From NCBI GenBank assembly GCA_947632115.1, contig CANROB010000005.1, positions 7,430 to 71,429 of the forward strand: 64,000 nt of DNA, read 5' to 3'. The stretch comes from an uncultured Bacilli bacterium (GTDB lineage Bacteria; Bacillota_I; Bacilli_A; RF39; UBA660). Position 1 is the stretch's first letter. Each line of letters starts with the position of its first letter. The notes under the pieces are model-generated. The model saw only the letters and a list, made by a program, of their open reading frames with translations, was not told where the DNA came from and made no database searches. Both the position numbers and the translations under genes were made by a program. This document shows, one piece after another, positions 9,753 to 20,939 of the stretch.

Positions 9753-10208
9753 TTACTTATGATAAGATTCATGATTTTGAATCTTATAAGCACGATAAAT
9801 TTGCTCTAATAAAAGCACACGAAACAATTGATGAGGAAATGTCATAGGAGAAAAAGATAACGCATAATTCGCTCTTTTCTTCACATCATCGTGAAGACCA
9901 TACGACCCACCAATCAAAAAAGTAATCGTAGAATGTGATAGGAAAGTTTGATCTAATTTATCTGCAAAATCTAAAGAGTTCATCTCTTTTCCCTCAATCT
10001 CTAGAGAAATCATATAGTCTTTTTCTCCAACATGTCTTAAGATTTCCCCTTTTTCTTTTTCTAAGATAGAAGGTATATCCATACCACTATAGTCATTACA
10101 TTCTATCATTTCTAGTTTGGTATATTTCGAAATTCTTAAAGCATATTCTTCTATCGCCTGTCTGAAATAGGCCTCTTTTATTTTTCCTACACTAATAATT
10201 TTAATCAT
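9753..10208 (-). CDS. rlmH: 23S rRNA pseudouridine1915-N3 methyltransferase
   Basis: VGKIKE, IGGSYGL, TFPHQLFRVLLLEQIYRA, YHK. Confidence 0.96.
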   Translation of the reverse strand: MIKIISVGKIKEAYFRQAIEEYALRISKYTKLEMIECNDYSGMDIPSILEKEKGEILRHVGEKDYMISLEIEGKEMNSLDFADKLDQTFLSHSTITFLIGGSYGLHDDVKKRANYALSFSPMTFPHQLFRVLLLEQIYRAYKIQNHESYHK

Positions 10209-10966
10209 AAAGTAATTAACTCCGTAGCCTCTTTTTGAAGGGCAATTTGAATATTAGAAAAAGGAACTTGGTGTATTTCTAATTCTTTCATCAAAGATTG
10301 TTTCGCTAATTCTGGGGTATTATTTTCTTCACTTAAATGGGCAAGAAACACAACTTTTGTATTACTTCCAATAAATTTAGAAAGATAATAAGCAGAATCT
10401 TCATTCGATAAGTGGCCTCTATCGCTTAGGATACGAATTTTGGTTTGATGCGGATAATGAGGATTATTCATTAGCCTTTCAACATCATGGTTGCTCTCAA
10501 AGACATAAGCACTTCGATTCTGTAATAGTTTATGATATCGCTCATTCACATATCCCGTATCGGTTACATAAACAAGAGATTTTCCATTTTCTTCTAAAAT
10601 ATAACCATTGGAATCATCCGTATCATGAGAAGTTTTAATAGCATAAATTTTTAAATTTTCTAAAGTAATTTCTTTTTCAATATAAATCGGATGATCTAAT
10701 TTTAAATTTGCTTCTTTTTCTATTTTTTCGGTTATGTATACTTGTGGATGATGCTTCTTTAAAAACACAGGAAGACCAGATACGTGATCAGTATGAGCAT
10801 GGGTAATTAGCACCATGTCGATAATGTTAGGATCTATTCCACGCTCCTCTAATCTTTTTTCAATTTGTAAGCAGGTCATTCCTACATCGATTAAAATGTG
10901 GTGTTTCTCGGTTTCTACATAAGTAGAATTTCCTTTACTACCACTTGCTAAAACACAAAACTTCAT
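10205..10966 (-). CDS. walJ: MBL-fold hydrolase YycJ/WalJ
   Basis: LASGSKGN, THAHTDH, TDTG, ESNHD, GHLSN, LAHLSEENN; adjacent to rlmH. Confidence 0.88.
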   Translation of the reverse strand: MKFCVLASGSKGNSTYVETEKHHILIDVGMTCLQIEKRLEERGIDPNIIDMVLITHAHTDHVSGLPVFLKKHHPQVYITEKIEKEANLKLDHPIYIEKEITLENLKIYAIKTSHDTDDSNGYILEENGKSLVYVTDTGYVNERYHKLLQNRSAYVFESNHDVERLMNNPHYPHQTKIRILSDRGHLSNEDSAYYLSKFIGSNTKVVFLAHLSEENNTPELAKQSLMKELEIHQVPFSNIQIALQKEATELITL

Positions 10967-10967
10967 A

Positions 10968-12965
10968 TTATTTCCTCAAATATGGTAAAGGATTTAAGAA
11001 GCATCTTGTACTATATTCCTTACAACGTCTAATTTCAAAATGAAGATGTGGACCAGTTGCAGCTCCTGAACTTCCTACATAACCAATTACTTGTCCACGA
11101 GCAACTTTAATTCCTTCTCTCATTCCTTTAGCGTATCCACTCATATGTCCATATAATGTGTAGTAACCATTATGGTGATCAATTATCATATGGGTTCCAT
11201 AACCACCTTGTTGATATCCCATATAAATAATTTCGCCATTGTTAGAAGCATAGACAGGAGAACCATATCCTGTTCCTGCAATGTCTAATCCTGTATGTAA
11301 CTCACGACCACTACCAAACGGATTTTTACGATATCCATAGTAAGAAGAAATACTGTAACCTTTTCTTGTTGGCCAATACCAAGAAGAAAGACTACCAACA
11401 CCAGGAACATCTTTGGTCCCTACTAGAATAATTTCATTTTGTGCTTTCTTTAAAGTCGTTGTCGTATCCGGTTTGATATAAGCAATAGCCCCATTCACAC
11501 TACGGACACTTTGAGAAACTCTTTCTACACCATTTTTACCTTTTTGTTTTACTTCACGCATTCCTTTATTCAAACTAGAGCTATATTCCTCTACCGTATC
11601 ATAGTTTACTTCTTTATCTTCTACGGTATAAGATTCTACTACTACGCTAATTTTGGGATCGGTTTGCGCAATGACAATTGGCTGATTGTTATAAAAAATA
11701 TTATTAACACTTGTAAAAGAAGGATTAGATAAGAAAAATTCTTCTAATGTAATTCCCTGTTCATAGGTAAGCGATAAAATATTATCAGTTGCTTTCGCAT
11801 AGATTGTTTTCTCATTCTTATTATCGCCATAGAGTAAATAGCTGGATAATTCATCGGCATCGTTATAGATTTTTTCTCCAATAGAAATATTTTCCTTTTT
11901 GACAGTAATTCCTTCTGAAATATAAACATCATCAATACGGGAACCCGTATCTTTAATTTCTTCTTGAGTTCCTTTTTGATAGTTTTCAAAAGCCTCAGAT
12001 CCTGTAAAAATAGCCTCTAATTCTTCTACTGCTTCTTTAAAGACTTCCTCTTTTGTTACATAAACAATAACATCATCTTTTCTAGTATCCATCATATCTT
12101 GATAATCTTCTAATAAGTAAGCACCCACCATCATGGAAGGAGAAACATCTTGCTCTTCATTTTTCTTAATACGAAATTGATATCCTTCAATCGTACATGG
12201 TTTTTTAGAAACAATATAATCATATACTTCTTCAACTGGTTTTAAATCAGCATGATAGGTATTGATTTTTTCAACATGAATACCAATTGGACTATAAATA
12301 TCACTAGAATACAAATAAGCTTCATTCGTTTCAATATAGTTTTCCATATATTTTTGTTTTGGATAGGAGATTTCTTGTAATTGACCATTAAAATAGGTAT
12401 CGACTTGATATCTTTCTGATTCTGTTAATTTTAATTTATCAAGATTCGCCTTTAAAAAGTCATTCAATGCTTGTTTTTGACTATGAAAAGTTTGAGTGAA
12501 TCCCTCTACTAAATTCTCATAATGCGCAATATGGTCTTGCGCTACATAACTATCTTTACGATCTATGGTAAGACTGTTAAAGAGTTTTTCTACTTCTTCT
12601 CTTGCCTCTTCCTTAAATGTTCCTTTTTCTCCAACTAAACGGTAAAGTTCATCATACTTTTTCACTAATTCAAAATAAGTAGAACTTCCCTTTACCTTAG
12701 AAGTAAGTAGGGCATCAATTGCTTTTAATGTCTCTACTTCTTTTTGGTACTCTATTACTTGTTCTTTGATGAGTGTTCCCTGCTCACTAATATATTTTTC
12801 TAGTTCCTCTTCCTGAGCAATAATTCCCACTACTTCCTCATCTAAATAAACTTGGTAATAAGTATGAGGCTGATAAGTTTTCTTATAGTGAAACTGTAAG
12901 AAAAAAATACCAATACTAAGAATTACCATTAAAAATATCGTTAGATACTTTTTCAATAAAATCAC
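10968..12965 (-). CDS. Membrane-anchored M23 peptidase with LysM-like and G5 domains
   Basis: N-terminal TM helix; G5-like QKGKNG...EIILVGTK; HTGLD and TGPHLHFE M23 motifs. Confidence 0.88.
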   Translation of the reverse strand: MILLKKYLTIFLMVILSIGIFFLQFHYKKTYQPHTYYQVYLDEEVVGIIAQEEELEKYISEQGTLIKEQVIEYQKEVETLKAIDALLTSKVKGSSTYFELVKKYDELYRLVGEKGTFKEEAREEVEKLFNSLTIDRKDSYVAQDHIAHYENLVEGFTQTFHSQKQALNDFLKANLDKLKLTESERYQVDTYFNGQLQEISYPKQKYMENYIETNEAYLYSSDIYSPIGIHVEKINTYHADLKPVEEVYDYIVSKKPCTIEGYQFRIKKNEEQDVSPSMMVGAYLLEDYQDMMDTRKDDVIVYVTKEEVFKEAVEELEAIFTGSEAFENYQKGTQEEIKDTGSRIDDVYISEGITVKKENISIGEKIYNDADELSSYLLYGDNKNEKTIYAKATDNILSLTYEQGITLEEFFLSNPSFTSVNNIFYNNQPIVIAQTDPKISVVVESYTVEDKEVNYDTVEEYSSSLNKGMREVKQKGKNGVERVSQSVRSVNGAIAYIKPDTTTTLKKAQNEIILVGTKDVPGVGSLSSWYWPTRKGYSISSYYGYRKNPFGSGRELHTGLDIAGTGYGSPVYASNNGEIIYMGYQQGGYGTHMIIDHHNGYYTLYGHMSGYAKGMREGIKVARGQVIGYVGSSGAATGPHLHFEIRRCKEYSTRCFLNPLPYLRK

Positions 12966-14309
12966 CTATTCTTCTGTCACACCGCTATTTGCTACATTCA
13001 CAAAAGTTCCCGTAGCTCTTTGAAATAAAAGAGGAATATCTTTTAAAGGACCATTACGGTGTTTCCTAATAACAAATTCCATAAGACTATCTTCTTTTTC
13101 ACGTTCTTCATCTGTACAATGAAGAAAAGCAACCAAATCGGCATCTTGCTCAATAGCTCCAGATTCTCTTAAGTCACTAAGCATTGGCTTTTTATCTGTT
13201 CTCTGTTCAATACCACGCGATAATTGAGATAGCGCGATAACAGGAACTTCTAATTCCATCGCCATCGTTTTTAAGGCTCTTGAAATATCCGCAACTTCTT
13301 GTTGCCTATTTTGACCAGTACTACCTCCCTTATTCGCACTTTGAATTAAGGTTAAATAGTCGATAAAAACAATATCTAATCCTGTTAGAGAACTCTTTAA
13401 ACGACGACACTTAGAACGGATTTCTGCAACCGTTTGACCTGCCGTATCATCAATAAAAATCTTTGTGTCCGAAAGACGACTAATCGCCTCATTTACACGT
13501 TTCCAATCGGTATGCTCTAAAGCTCCTGTCCGTAATTTGGTACTTTCAATTTTCCCAACAGACGATAACATTCTCGTAACCAATTGTTCTGCTCCCATTT
13601 CCATGTTAAAAAGCGCAACTGTCTTTTTTGAATGAATTGCCATATTGGTAACCATGTTAAGAGCAATTGCTGTTTTTCCCATACCTGGACGAGCGGCAAT
13701 AATAATAAATTCATTAGGGTGAAAACCAGAAGTGATTTTATCTAAATCATAAAATCCACTAGGAATTCCAGTAATATCCCCTTTATTAGAAGCAAGTGCT
13801 TCTAAATCAGATTGAGTTTTCGTTAATACGGTTTGAATATCCTTAAATTCTGAACCCCTTAACCCTTGTGATACATCAGCTATTTTCTTTTGAGATTGAT
13901 ATAAAAAGTCCCCGATATTCGCACCGACTTGATAGCTATCTTTCACAATAGAGGTAGCCTCATCAATCAACTTACGAAGCAAGGATTTTTCAGATACAAT
14001 ATTGATATATTCATCAATATTTGCTGTTGTAGGAACTGCATTAATAATCTCAGCTAGATAAGAAATATCCCCAATTTTTTCTAGCCATCCTCGATGATTT
14101 AATTCTTCAGACACAGTTGTAATATCTACAGGGCGCTTTGATTCATCTACAGATTTAATGCATGTAAATATTTTATTATGAGAATCAAGAAAAAAATCCT
14201 CTGGCATTAACAATTCAAGCCCTTTTTGTAAGGCTTTTTTGGTTAGAAACATAGAACCGAGAACAGATTGTTCTGCCTCGATACTATGTGGTATTGTCTT
14301 TTCTGGCAT
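12966..14309 (-). CDS. dnaB: Replicative DNA helicase
   Basis: PHSIEAEQSVLG, AARPGMGKT, IDYL, LSQLSR, SDLRESGAIEQDAD, KHRNGP. Confidence 0.97.
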   Translation of the reverse strand: MPEKTIPHSIEAEQSVLGSMFLTKKALQKGLELLMPEDFFLDSHNKIFTCIKSVDESKRPVDITTVSEELNHRGWLEKIGDISYLAEIINAVPTTANIDEYINIVSEKSLLRKLIDEATSIVKDSYQVGANIGDFLYQSQKKIADVSQGLRGSEFKDIQTVLTKTQSDLEALASNKGDITGIPSGFYDLDKITSGFHPNEFIIIAARPGMGKTAIALNMVTNMAIHSKKTVALFNMEMGAEQLVTRMLSSVGKIESTKLRTGALEHTDWKRVNEAISRLSDTKIFIDDTAGQTVAEIRSKCRRLKSSLTGLDIVFIDYLTLIQSANKGGSTGQNRQQEVADISRALKTMAMELEVPVIALSQLSRGIEQRTDKKPMLSDLRESGAIEQDADLVAFLHCTDEEREKEDSLMEFVIRKHRNGPLKDIPLLFQRATGTFVNVANSGVTEE

Positions 14310-14328
14310 AACAAAACCTCCCTACTGA

Positions 14329-14766
14329 TTATTTTGTTAAATGAACTTTTACTATAGCACTTACCTTTTTAGAAAGTTCAATTTCTACTTCATGATATCC
14401 TAAAGTAGATAACGCCTCTTTTTCTTTTACTTGTTTTTTATCAATAGAAAATCCCTTTTCTTTTAGGGCATCTGCAATTTGTTTTGGACTCACGCTACCA
14501 AATACTTTATCCATAGCGCCTGTCTTTACTTGAAAAGAGAGTTCTACTTTTTCTAGTTTTTCTTTATCTTTTAAAGCTTTTTGATAAAGTTCTTCCTCTT
14601 CTTTTGCTTTTGCGTCATTTTCTCTTTGTAAACGATCTAATCCCATTTTAGAAGCAACGACAGCTTGTTTGTTTTTAATAAGAAATGCGCCATAGCCATC
14701 TTTTACTTCTAAAATATCCCCTTTTTTTCCTTGTTTTTTTACATCTTCTAATAAGATAATTTTCAT
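14329..14766 (-). CDS. rplI: 50S ribosomal protein L9
   Basis: MKIILLEDVKKQGKKGDILEVKDGY, FGSV. Confidence 0.96.
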   Translation of the reverse strand: MKIILLEDVKKQGKKGDILEVKDGYGAFLIKNKQAVVASKMGLDRLQRENDAKAKEEEELYQKALKDKEKLEKVELSFQVKTGAMDKVFGSVSPKQIADALKEKGFSIDKKQVKEKEALSTLGYHEVEIELSKKVSAIVKVHLTK

Positions 14767-15737
14767 AAAATCTCCCCCAATATTTTTTTAAGCATCCGCT
14801 CTACTTCTTTTACCGTTTTATCTGGTATTTGACAGGCAGCATTTGTGGCATGACCACCACCACCCATTTTTTTCATAATTTCACAGACATCGATATTCCC
14901 CATAGAACGTGCACTAACACCAATTTCATTTTCGGATAACTGTCCTATCGCAAAAGAAGCTTCTACATATTCAAAATTTAAAAGTTCTTCTGCTACTTCT
15001 GCTAAAGACTCTTTCGCACAATTAGGAATAGGTAAGACACACATAGCGATATTCTTATGGAAAATAAAACTACTTTTAATAAAATCTGCTCTTCTTAAAT
15101 ATTCATCCTTACTTTCTTTTAAAAGCGTTTGTTTTAATACACTATCTGCTCCCATGCTTGTTAAATAGGCAGCCGTTTCAAACGTTTTTTCTGTTGTCTT
15201 TAAGTTGAAACCATTCGTATCGATTTCCATTCCTGCAAGCATAACAGTAGAGACTAAAATTCCTAGATTAACACCATAATATTTGGCATAATGGGCAATT
15301 AATTCAACCATACTAGACATCGTAGAATCAATATAGAACAATTCCGTTTCTTTGATATAAGAATTATCCTTAATATGGTGATCTAATACAATGACATTTT
15401 CTGCCTCATCTACTAATTTTGGATATTCCACTCTTTCTTTTTGGTGAACATCCAAAATGATAAGTACCGTATCTTGATCTAATTTTTCTTTATAAGTACT
15501 AGGGTATAAGTATTCGATATTCCTAACCCTTTCTAAAGCTTGTTTTACAGAACTATTATACTCTTTTGTATCTTTCTTTTCTAAAAAAATATAGGCCTCT
15601 TTCCCCATTTCTACTAAGATACGATAAAGTCCCATCGAAGAACCAATGGCATCTAAATCGGGATTGCTATGAGACATAATAATAATTCTTTGATATTTGG
15701 ATAAAATTTCTGTTAACTTATTAAATAATGTTTCCAT
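14763..15737 (-). CDS. DHH/DHHA1 phosphodiesterase (GdpP catalytic module only)
   Basis: HSNPDLDA, LDHH, SARS, GGGGHATNAA; gdpP position upstream of rplI but no TM/PAS/GGDEF region. Confidence 0.85.
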   Translation of the reverse strand: METLFNKLTEILSKYQRIIIMSHSNPDLDAIGSSMGLYRILVEMGKEAYIFLEKKDTKEYNSSVKQALERVRNIEYLYPSTYKEKLDQDTVLIILDVHQKERVEYPKLVDEAENVIVLDHHIKDNSYIKETELFYIDSTMSSMVELIAHYAKYYGVNLGILVSTVMLAGMEIDTNGFNLKTTEKTFETAAYLTSMGADSVLKQTLLKESKDEYLRRADFIKSSFIFHKNIAMCVLPIPNCAKESLAEVAEELLNFEYVEASFAIGQLSENEIGVSARSMGNIDVCEIMKKMGGGGHATNAACQIPDKTVKEVERMLKKILGEIL

Positions 15738-15808
15738 TCTATCACCCCAGATACCAATATTATACTATAAAATTACTTTCTTGTCTTTAGCAAAACAAAA
15801 AAAAGAGA

Positions 15809-16726
15809 TTATCCCTTTTCTTTCTTACGAATACGGGAAGCCATCTCTTTAATCTTATGGAAACGATGATGAAGACCAGACTTTGTAATTTTTTCACCCG
15901 TTTCAATACTAATAATTTCACTTAATTCCTGTAAAGAAGCCTCTTTATATTTTAGGCGATAAATTGCCGCAATCTGTTCTTTTTCATCTAATAGATCCAG
16001 TCCAGCAGATTCTTGAATGCATTCAATATCTTTCACTTGCCTCATAGCGGTTTCTACAATCTTATCGACATTTGCCTGTTCACAATTATTTAAGCGATTC
16101 GTCATATTTTTATGATCTCTATAAATACGGATATCTTCATAGTAGAAAAGAGCTTGAATCGCTTGAATCATTCGTAAGAAATCCCCTATTTTCTCTGCTT
16201 CTTTAACATAAATCATGTATTTATTTTCTCTTTTTAATACTTTACTATTTAATCCATACTCATTAATAAGACGAGAACAAAATTTAGCATATTCTAATGT
16301 ACTTACTAAAAACTCCAAATGGTATCGTGATTTTTTAGGATCATTAATACTTCCACAAGAAAGAAAAAGTCCCCGTAAATAAGCTCTTTTAGAAGCATCA
16401 TCATCTATTAAATAGGAACTAGGAATGGTTTCCTCTAAACACAAATCTTTTTTTATCTGCTCTATCTCTTTTACTACCTCTAGAATATAGATATAATTCT
16501 TATTATAATTGTATCCCTTTCGAACGGTAATCTTAGCAAATACGCCATAAAGTTCTTTGAAAGAATTGAAAATAAGTCTTGCTACAGAAGCATTTTCCGT
16601 TGTAACCTTTATGCTTTCTTCTATGGTGGCACTATTTTTAAGAAAAGCCGATAACTCGGCTATTTTTTCTATTTTTTCTGTTTCTAACTTACTTGCTTCA
16701 TTTTTTACTGTACTTGTAAAAGACAT
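15809..16726 (-). CDS. whiA: DNA-binding protein WhiA
   Basis: MSFTSTVKNE, YLRGLFLSCGSINDP..YHLEF, NRLNNCEQAN, TKSGLHHR. Confidence 0.95.
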   Translation of the reverse strand: MSFTSTVKNEASKLETEKIEKIAELSAFLKNSATIEESIKVTTENASVARLIFNSFKELYGVFAKITVRKGYNYNKNYIYILEVVKEIEQIKKDLCLEETIPSSYLIDDDASKRAYLRGLFLSCGSINDPKKSRYHLEFLVSTLEYAKFCSRLINEYGLNSKVLKRENKYMIYVKEAEKIGDFLRMIQAIQALFYYEDIRIYRDHKNMTNRLNNCEQANVDKIVETAMRQVKDIECIQESAGLDLLDEKEQIAAIYRLKYKEASLQELSEIISIETGEKITKSGLHHRFHKIKEMASRIRKKEKG

Positions 16727-16734
16727 ACGATCAC

Positions 16735-17685
16735 CTACAATTGCATCAAATATGCGAAAATATGAAATCCTAATTTGGTAACATTATGACGAATCATATT
16801 ATTAGAAATAGCTATCAAATCATCGCCAATAACTTGATTATCCATTTTCTTAAAATTCTTGACATCATAAATAACGGGATCTTTTTGTTCTAATGTCTCA
16901 TATTTTTGAGCCAAATCAGGATGAACCGTTCCGTTATTCGCAATGACAACATCTACTTTTCTTTTTCCTAAATATTGATTTAACATGTTAACATGATCTG
17001 TTACGGTAAAGTTATCCGTCTCTCCTGGTTGCGTCATCATATTACAAACATACATAATTTTTGCAGGACTATTTTCTAGGGCTTCGACAATTTTATTACA
17101 AATGAGATTAGGAATAATACTAGTAAATAGGCTACCCATACTAAGAATAATTAAATCAGCTTCTTCTATTGCCTTTAAAGCCGCAACAGTTGGTACTGGT
17201 TCTTCCTTATAAAAAACACGTTTTATTTTCCTTTTATCTACCGTGATATTGTGTTCTCCTTCAACAAGGTTTCCATCTTCCATTTCGGCCATTAAAACAA
17301 CATTATCTTCCGTTAGAGGAACTACTTTTCCTTTTAAATTTAAAACTTTACTTAAAGCTTCTATTCCATCCGATAAATTACCCGTAATTTCTGTCATAGC
17401 GGTTAAAAGTAAATTTCCTACGGTATGTCCATCTAAATCACTTGTCGTATGGAAACGATAATTAAATAATTCCATCACGAGAGGTTCCGTTTCTGCAAGA
17501 GAAACAAGAACTCTTCTAATATCTCCCACAGCCGGAATATTAAATTCTTCCCGTAAAATACCTGTACTTTTCCCATCATCACAAACGGATACAATCGCTG
17601 TAATATCAACAGGATACTGTTTTAATCCACGAAGTAACGTAGATAACCCAGTCCCACCACCTAAGACAACTACTTTTTTATTCAT
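16735..17685 (-). CDS. yvcK: YvcK/GlmR (UPF0052) UDP-GlcNAc-binding protein
   Basis: GGGTGLS, DDGKSTG, GDIR, GHTVGNL, GSLFTSIIPNL, TQPGET. Confidence 0.93.
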   Translation of the reverse strand: MNKKVVVLGGGTGLSTLLRGLKQYPVDITAIVSVCDDGKSTGILREEFNIPAVGDIRRVLVSLAETEPLVMELFNYRFHTTSDLDGHTVGNLLLTAMTEITGNLSDGIEALSKVLNLKGKVVPLTEDNVVLMAEMEDGNLVEGEHNITVDKRKIKRVFYKEEPVPTVAALKAIEEADLIILSMGSLFTSIIPNLICNKIVEALENSPAKIMYVCNMMTQPGETDNFTVTDHVNMLNQYLGKRKVDVVIANNGTVHPDLAQKYETLEQKDPVIYDVKNFKKMDNQVIGDDLIAISNNMIRHNVTKLGFHIFAYLMQL

Positions 17686-18470
17686 CTAACCACCTCATGA
17701 TAGTATTCTTTCCGATAAAAAGCATATACCAAAAAGCCAATTCCTATCACAATCATAAGAATAGAAACAATTTGGGCAACTTTCAAACTACCAAGCATTA
17801 AGCTATCTTGACGTAACGCTTCAATAAAGAAACGAGCGATTCCATAAACGATAAAGTAGATACCAGAACAAATACCAAGATAAACTTTCTTATAATGACG
17901 AACAAGCATGATAAGTAGAAATCCCAATAAACAAATCATAGATTCATAGAAAAAAGTAGGCTCATAATATACACCACCAATATGCATTCCTTGAATTACA
18001 AAGGATGGGATTGGTAAACTTTGAAGATGAGAAAGCGTAGTAGCAGGGCCATATGCTTCACTATTAAAGAAATTGCCCCATCTTCCAATGGCTTGCCCTA
18101 AAATAAGGACAGGCGCTAACATATCAAATAACTTTAACGTATTTACTTGATGTTTCTTTGTATAAAAGATAGTGAAAAGAATTCCTGCAATAATTCCTCC
18201 ATGAATAGCAAGGCCACCGTGCCAAATAGCAAAAACCTCTCCTAAATTCTGTGCATAATATTGCCATTCGAAAATGACATAATAAAGTCTTGCCCCAATA
18301 ATGACAATTGGAACTAAGTAACAAAAATAATCACTAAAGAAACTCATCGGCATCTTTTCTTTTTTTAGTTCTAAATAAGTAAGAGCATAACCAATTAGAA
18401 AACCCATTAAAATCAAAAAAGAATACCAGTGGATTTCTAAAGGACCAACGGTAAACATAATTGAATTCAT
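17682..18470 (-). CDS. lgt: Prolipoprotein diacylglyceryl transferase
   Basis: GARLYYV, GGLAIHGG, GQAIGRWGNFFNSEAYG, PTFFYES. Confidence 0.96.
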   Translation of the reverse strand: MNSIMFTVGPLEIHWYSFLILMGFLIGYALTYLELKKEKMPMSFFSDYFCYLVPIVIIGARLYYVIFEWQYYAQNLGEVFAIWHGGLAIHGGIIAGILFTIFYTKKHQVNTLKLFDMLAPVLILGQAIGRWGNFFNSEAYGPATTLSHLQSLPIPSFVIQGMHIGGVYYEPTFFYESMICLLGFLLIMLVRHYKKVYLGICSGIYFIVYGIARFFIEALRQDSLMLGSLKVAQIVSILMIVIGIGFLVYAFYRKEYYHEVVR

Positions 18471-18901
18471 TTTTTCAACCCCTTTAGAAGTGTGTCAATA
18501 ACGACATTATCCATAATTGCATTCATAATGGAAATGATAATAGAAACAATAAATACCATAAAAGTACCATGAATTTCAAAATGTCCCATTAAAATCCAAT
18601 CTGTTAATTTTAAAACAAAAACATTGACAATAGGATAAAATAAACCTAATGTTAAAGCGGTAAGAGGAAGTGTTAACCAAAAAAGAAGGGGTTTAACAGT
18701 CCTATTTAAAATAAAAATAATAATAACAGCTAAAATTCCCCATAATCCAAAAAACTGATTATCAATATAGACGGTATCATCAAACACAATGGACACCGTA
18801 ATTAATACTAAGGTATAACCAAAAACGTGTATAAACCAATCTAGAAACTTGTTGATTTTTGGTCGTTTCTGATGATTTTCTTCGATTACAACGGTTCCCA
18901 T
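18467..18901 (-). CDS. YvlD / 4-TMS phage-holin-like membrane protein
   Basis: LNRTVKPLLFWLTLPLTALTLGLF motif; canonical uvrB-lgt neighbourhood. Confidence 0.8.
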   Translation of the reverse strand: MGTVVIEENHQKRPKINKFLDWFIHVFGYTLVLITVSIVFDDTVYIDNQFFGLWGILAVIIIFILNRTVKPLLFWLTLPLTALTLGLFYPIVNVFVLKLTDWILMGHFEIHGTFMVFIVSIIISIMNAIMDNVVIDTLLKGLKK

Positions 18902-18927
18902 ATTTCATCTCCCGCTTCATTATATCA

Positions 18928-20871
18928 TCATTCACTTTTTAATTCAAATAACGCATCTCGCAATTCCATTGCTCTTTCAAAGTCTAAATTACGAGCAGCT
19001 TCTTTCATTTCTGCCTCAATACGAATAGCTAAAGAAGCTCTCTCTTGTTTACTCATCTTAGGGGTTTCTTTCTTAGATTCTTTCGTGTTAGTAATAGCGT
19101 CCCTAATTTCTTTTATGATGGTCTTTGGCGTAATATGATGATCTAAATTATATTTTTCTTGAATACTACGACGTCTTTTCGTTTCTGTAATAGCAATATT
19201 CATCGATTCACTTATCGTATCTGCATACATAATTACTCTACCATCCTGGTTACGGGCTGCCCTACCAATTGTCTGAATGAGGCTTCGATCACTTCGTAAG
19301 AACCCTTGTTTATCCGCATCCATAATCGCTACTAATTCTACTTCTGGAATATCAATTCCCTCACGAAGGAGGTTAATTCCTACTAATACATCATACTTTC
19401 CAAGACGTAAATCTCGAATAATTTGCATTCTTTCTAGTGTCTTTACTTCAGAATGTAGATAGGCTACTTTCATATCAAGCCGTTTTAAATAATTGGTTAA
19501 TTCTTCTGCCATACGAATGGTTAAAGTCGTTACTAAAACTCTTGTATTTTTCTCTTTACAAGCATAGATCTGTTCTACTAAATCATCAATTTGTCCTTTG
19601 GATGGATGAACTTCAATTTGAGGATCTAATAAACCGGTTGGCCGAATAATTTGTTCAACTACATTATGGCTAAGATTTAACTCATAATCTCCTGGGGTCG
19701 CCGAAACATAGATTACTTGATTTAATTTGGATTCAAATTCATCAAATTTAAGAGGTCTATTATCTAAGGCACTAGGAAGACGAAAACCATATTCAACTAG
19801 TACTTCTTTTCTTGCTCTATCACCATTATACATCCCTCTTACTTGTGGTACAGTAACATGAGACTCATCAATTACCAAAAGAAAATCTTCTGGAAAAAAG
19901 TCAATTAATGTTTCTGGTGTTTCTCCAGGTCCACGAAGCGCAAGATGGCGAGAATAATTTTCTACTCCCCTACAGAATCCTGTTTCTTCAAGCATTTCCA
20001 TATCGTAATTGGTTCTTTCTTCTAAGCGTTGATATTCTAGTAATTTATTCTCTTTCTTAAATTTTTCTAACTGCTCTTTTAACTCTTCCCGAATATTTCC
20101 AATCGCTTTTTTTAACTTCCAATCGGCTGTCACAAAGTGACTAGCTGGAAAAATACTTACCGTTTTTTTATCTGTTAGAATGGCTCCCGTTAAAGTATCA
20201 AATTCACTAATTCTCTCTACTTCATCCCCGAAAAATTCAATGCGAATTCCATGATTATGTTCATTGGCAGGAATAACTTCTAAAACATCTCCCTTAGCGC
20301 GAAAGGTTCCTCTTTTAAAATCTATATTATTCCTCTCATATAACATCGATACTAGTTTTTCAATAATCGTATCCCTTTCAACCGTTTCTCCTTCATTAAT
20401 GGTAAGCATTTTATCTTCATAATCTTCTTTATCTCCAATACCATAAATGCAAGATACCGATGCTACAACAATCACATCTCTTCTTTTTAATAAAGCACTT
20501 GTAGCAGAATGTCTAAGTTCATCTATTTCATCATTAATAGCCGCATCTTTTTCAATATAAGTATCGGTTTTAGCTACATAAGCTTCCGGCTGATAATAAT
20601 CATAATAAGAGACGAAATATTCAACGGCATTATTGGGAAATAATTCTTTTAATTCTCCATAGAGTTGTCCCGCTAAAGTTTTATTATGGGCAAGAACTAG
20701 CGTAGGTCTATCTACTTCCTTAATCACATTTGCAATTGTAAATGTTTTTCCTGTTCCTGTTGCCCCCAATAAGACTTGGTGTTTCTCACCATTTTTAATA
20801 CCTTCTACCAATTTTTGGATTGCTTCTGGTTGATCCCCACTAGGCTGATATTTCGATACTAATTCAAACAT
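18928..20871 (-). CDS. uvrB: Excinuclease ABC subunit B
   Basis: [45 protein letters not shown] domain. Confidence 0.98.
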   Translation of the reverse strand: MFELVSKYQPSGDQPEAIQKLVEGIKNGEKHQVLLGATGTGKTFTIANVIKEVDRPTLVLAHNKTLAGQLYGELKELFPNNAVEYFVSYYDYYQPEAYVAKTDTYIEKDAAINDEIDELRHSATSALLKRRDVIVVASVSCIYGIGDKEDYEDKMLTINEGETVERDTIIEKLVSMLYERNNIDFKRGTFRAKGDVLEVIPANEHNHGIRIEFFGDEVERISEFDTLTGAILTDKKTVSIFPASHFVTADWKLKKAIGNIREELKEQLEKFKKENKLLEYQRLEERTNYDMEMLEETGFCRGVENYSRHLALRGPGETPETLIDFFPEDFLLVIDESHVTVPQVRGMYNGDRARKEVLVEYGFRLPSALDNRPLKFDEFESKLNQVIYVSATPGDYELNLSHNVVEQIIRPTGLLDPQIEVHPSKGQIDDLVEQIYACKEKNTRVLVTTLTIRMAEELTNYLKRLDMKVAYLHSEVKTLERMQIIRDLRLGKYDVLVGINLLREGIDIPEVELVAIMDADKQGFLRSDRSLIQTIGRAARNQDGRVIMYADTISESMNIAITETKRRRSIQEKYNLDHHITPKTIIKEIRDAITNTKESKKETPKMSKQERASLAIRIEAEMKEAARNLDFERAMELRDALFELKSE

Positions 20872-20939
20872 AAAAGCCTCCTTATCTAAAATTTTTATTC
20901 TTAAATAAATTCATGTACTAATATAGTTGTTTAATAAGT

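Noticed and set aside
18467-18901. Holin-family gene as evidence of a prophage
   Set aside because: YvlD-type gene in its normal chromosomal context; no phage genes or integrase in the window
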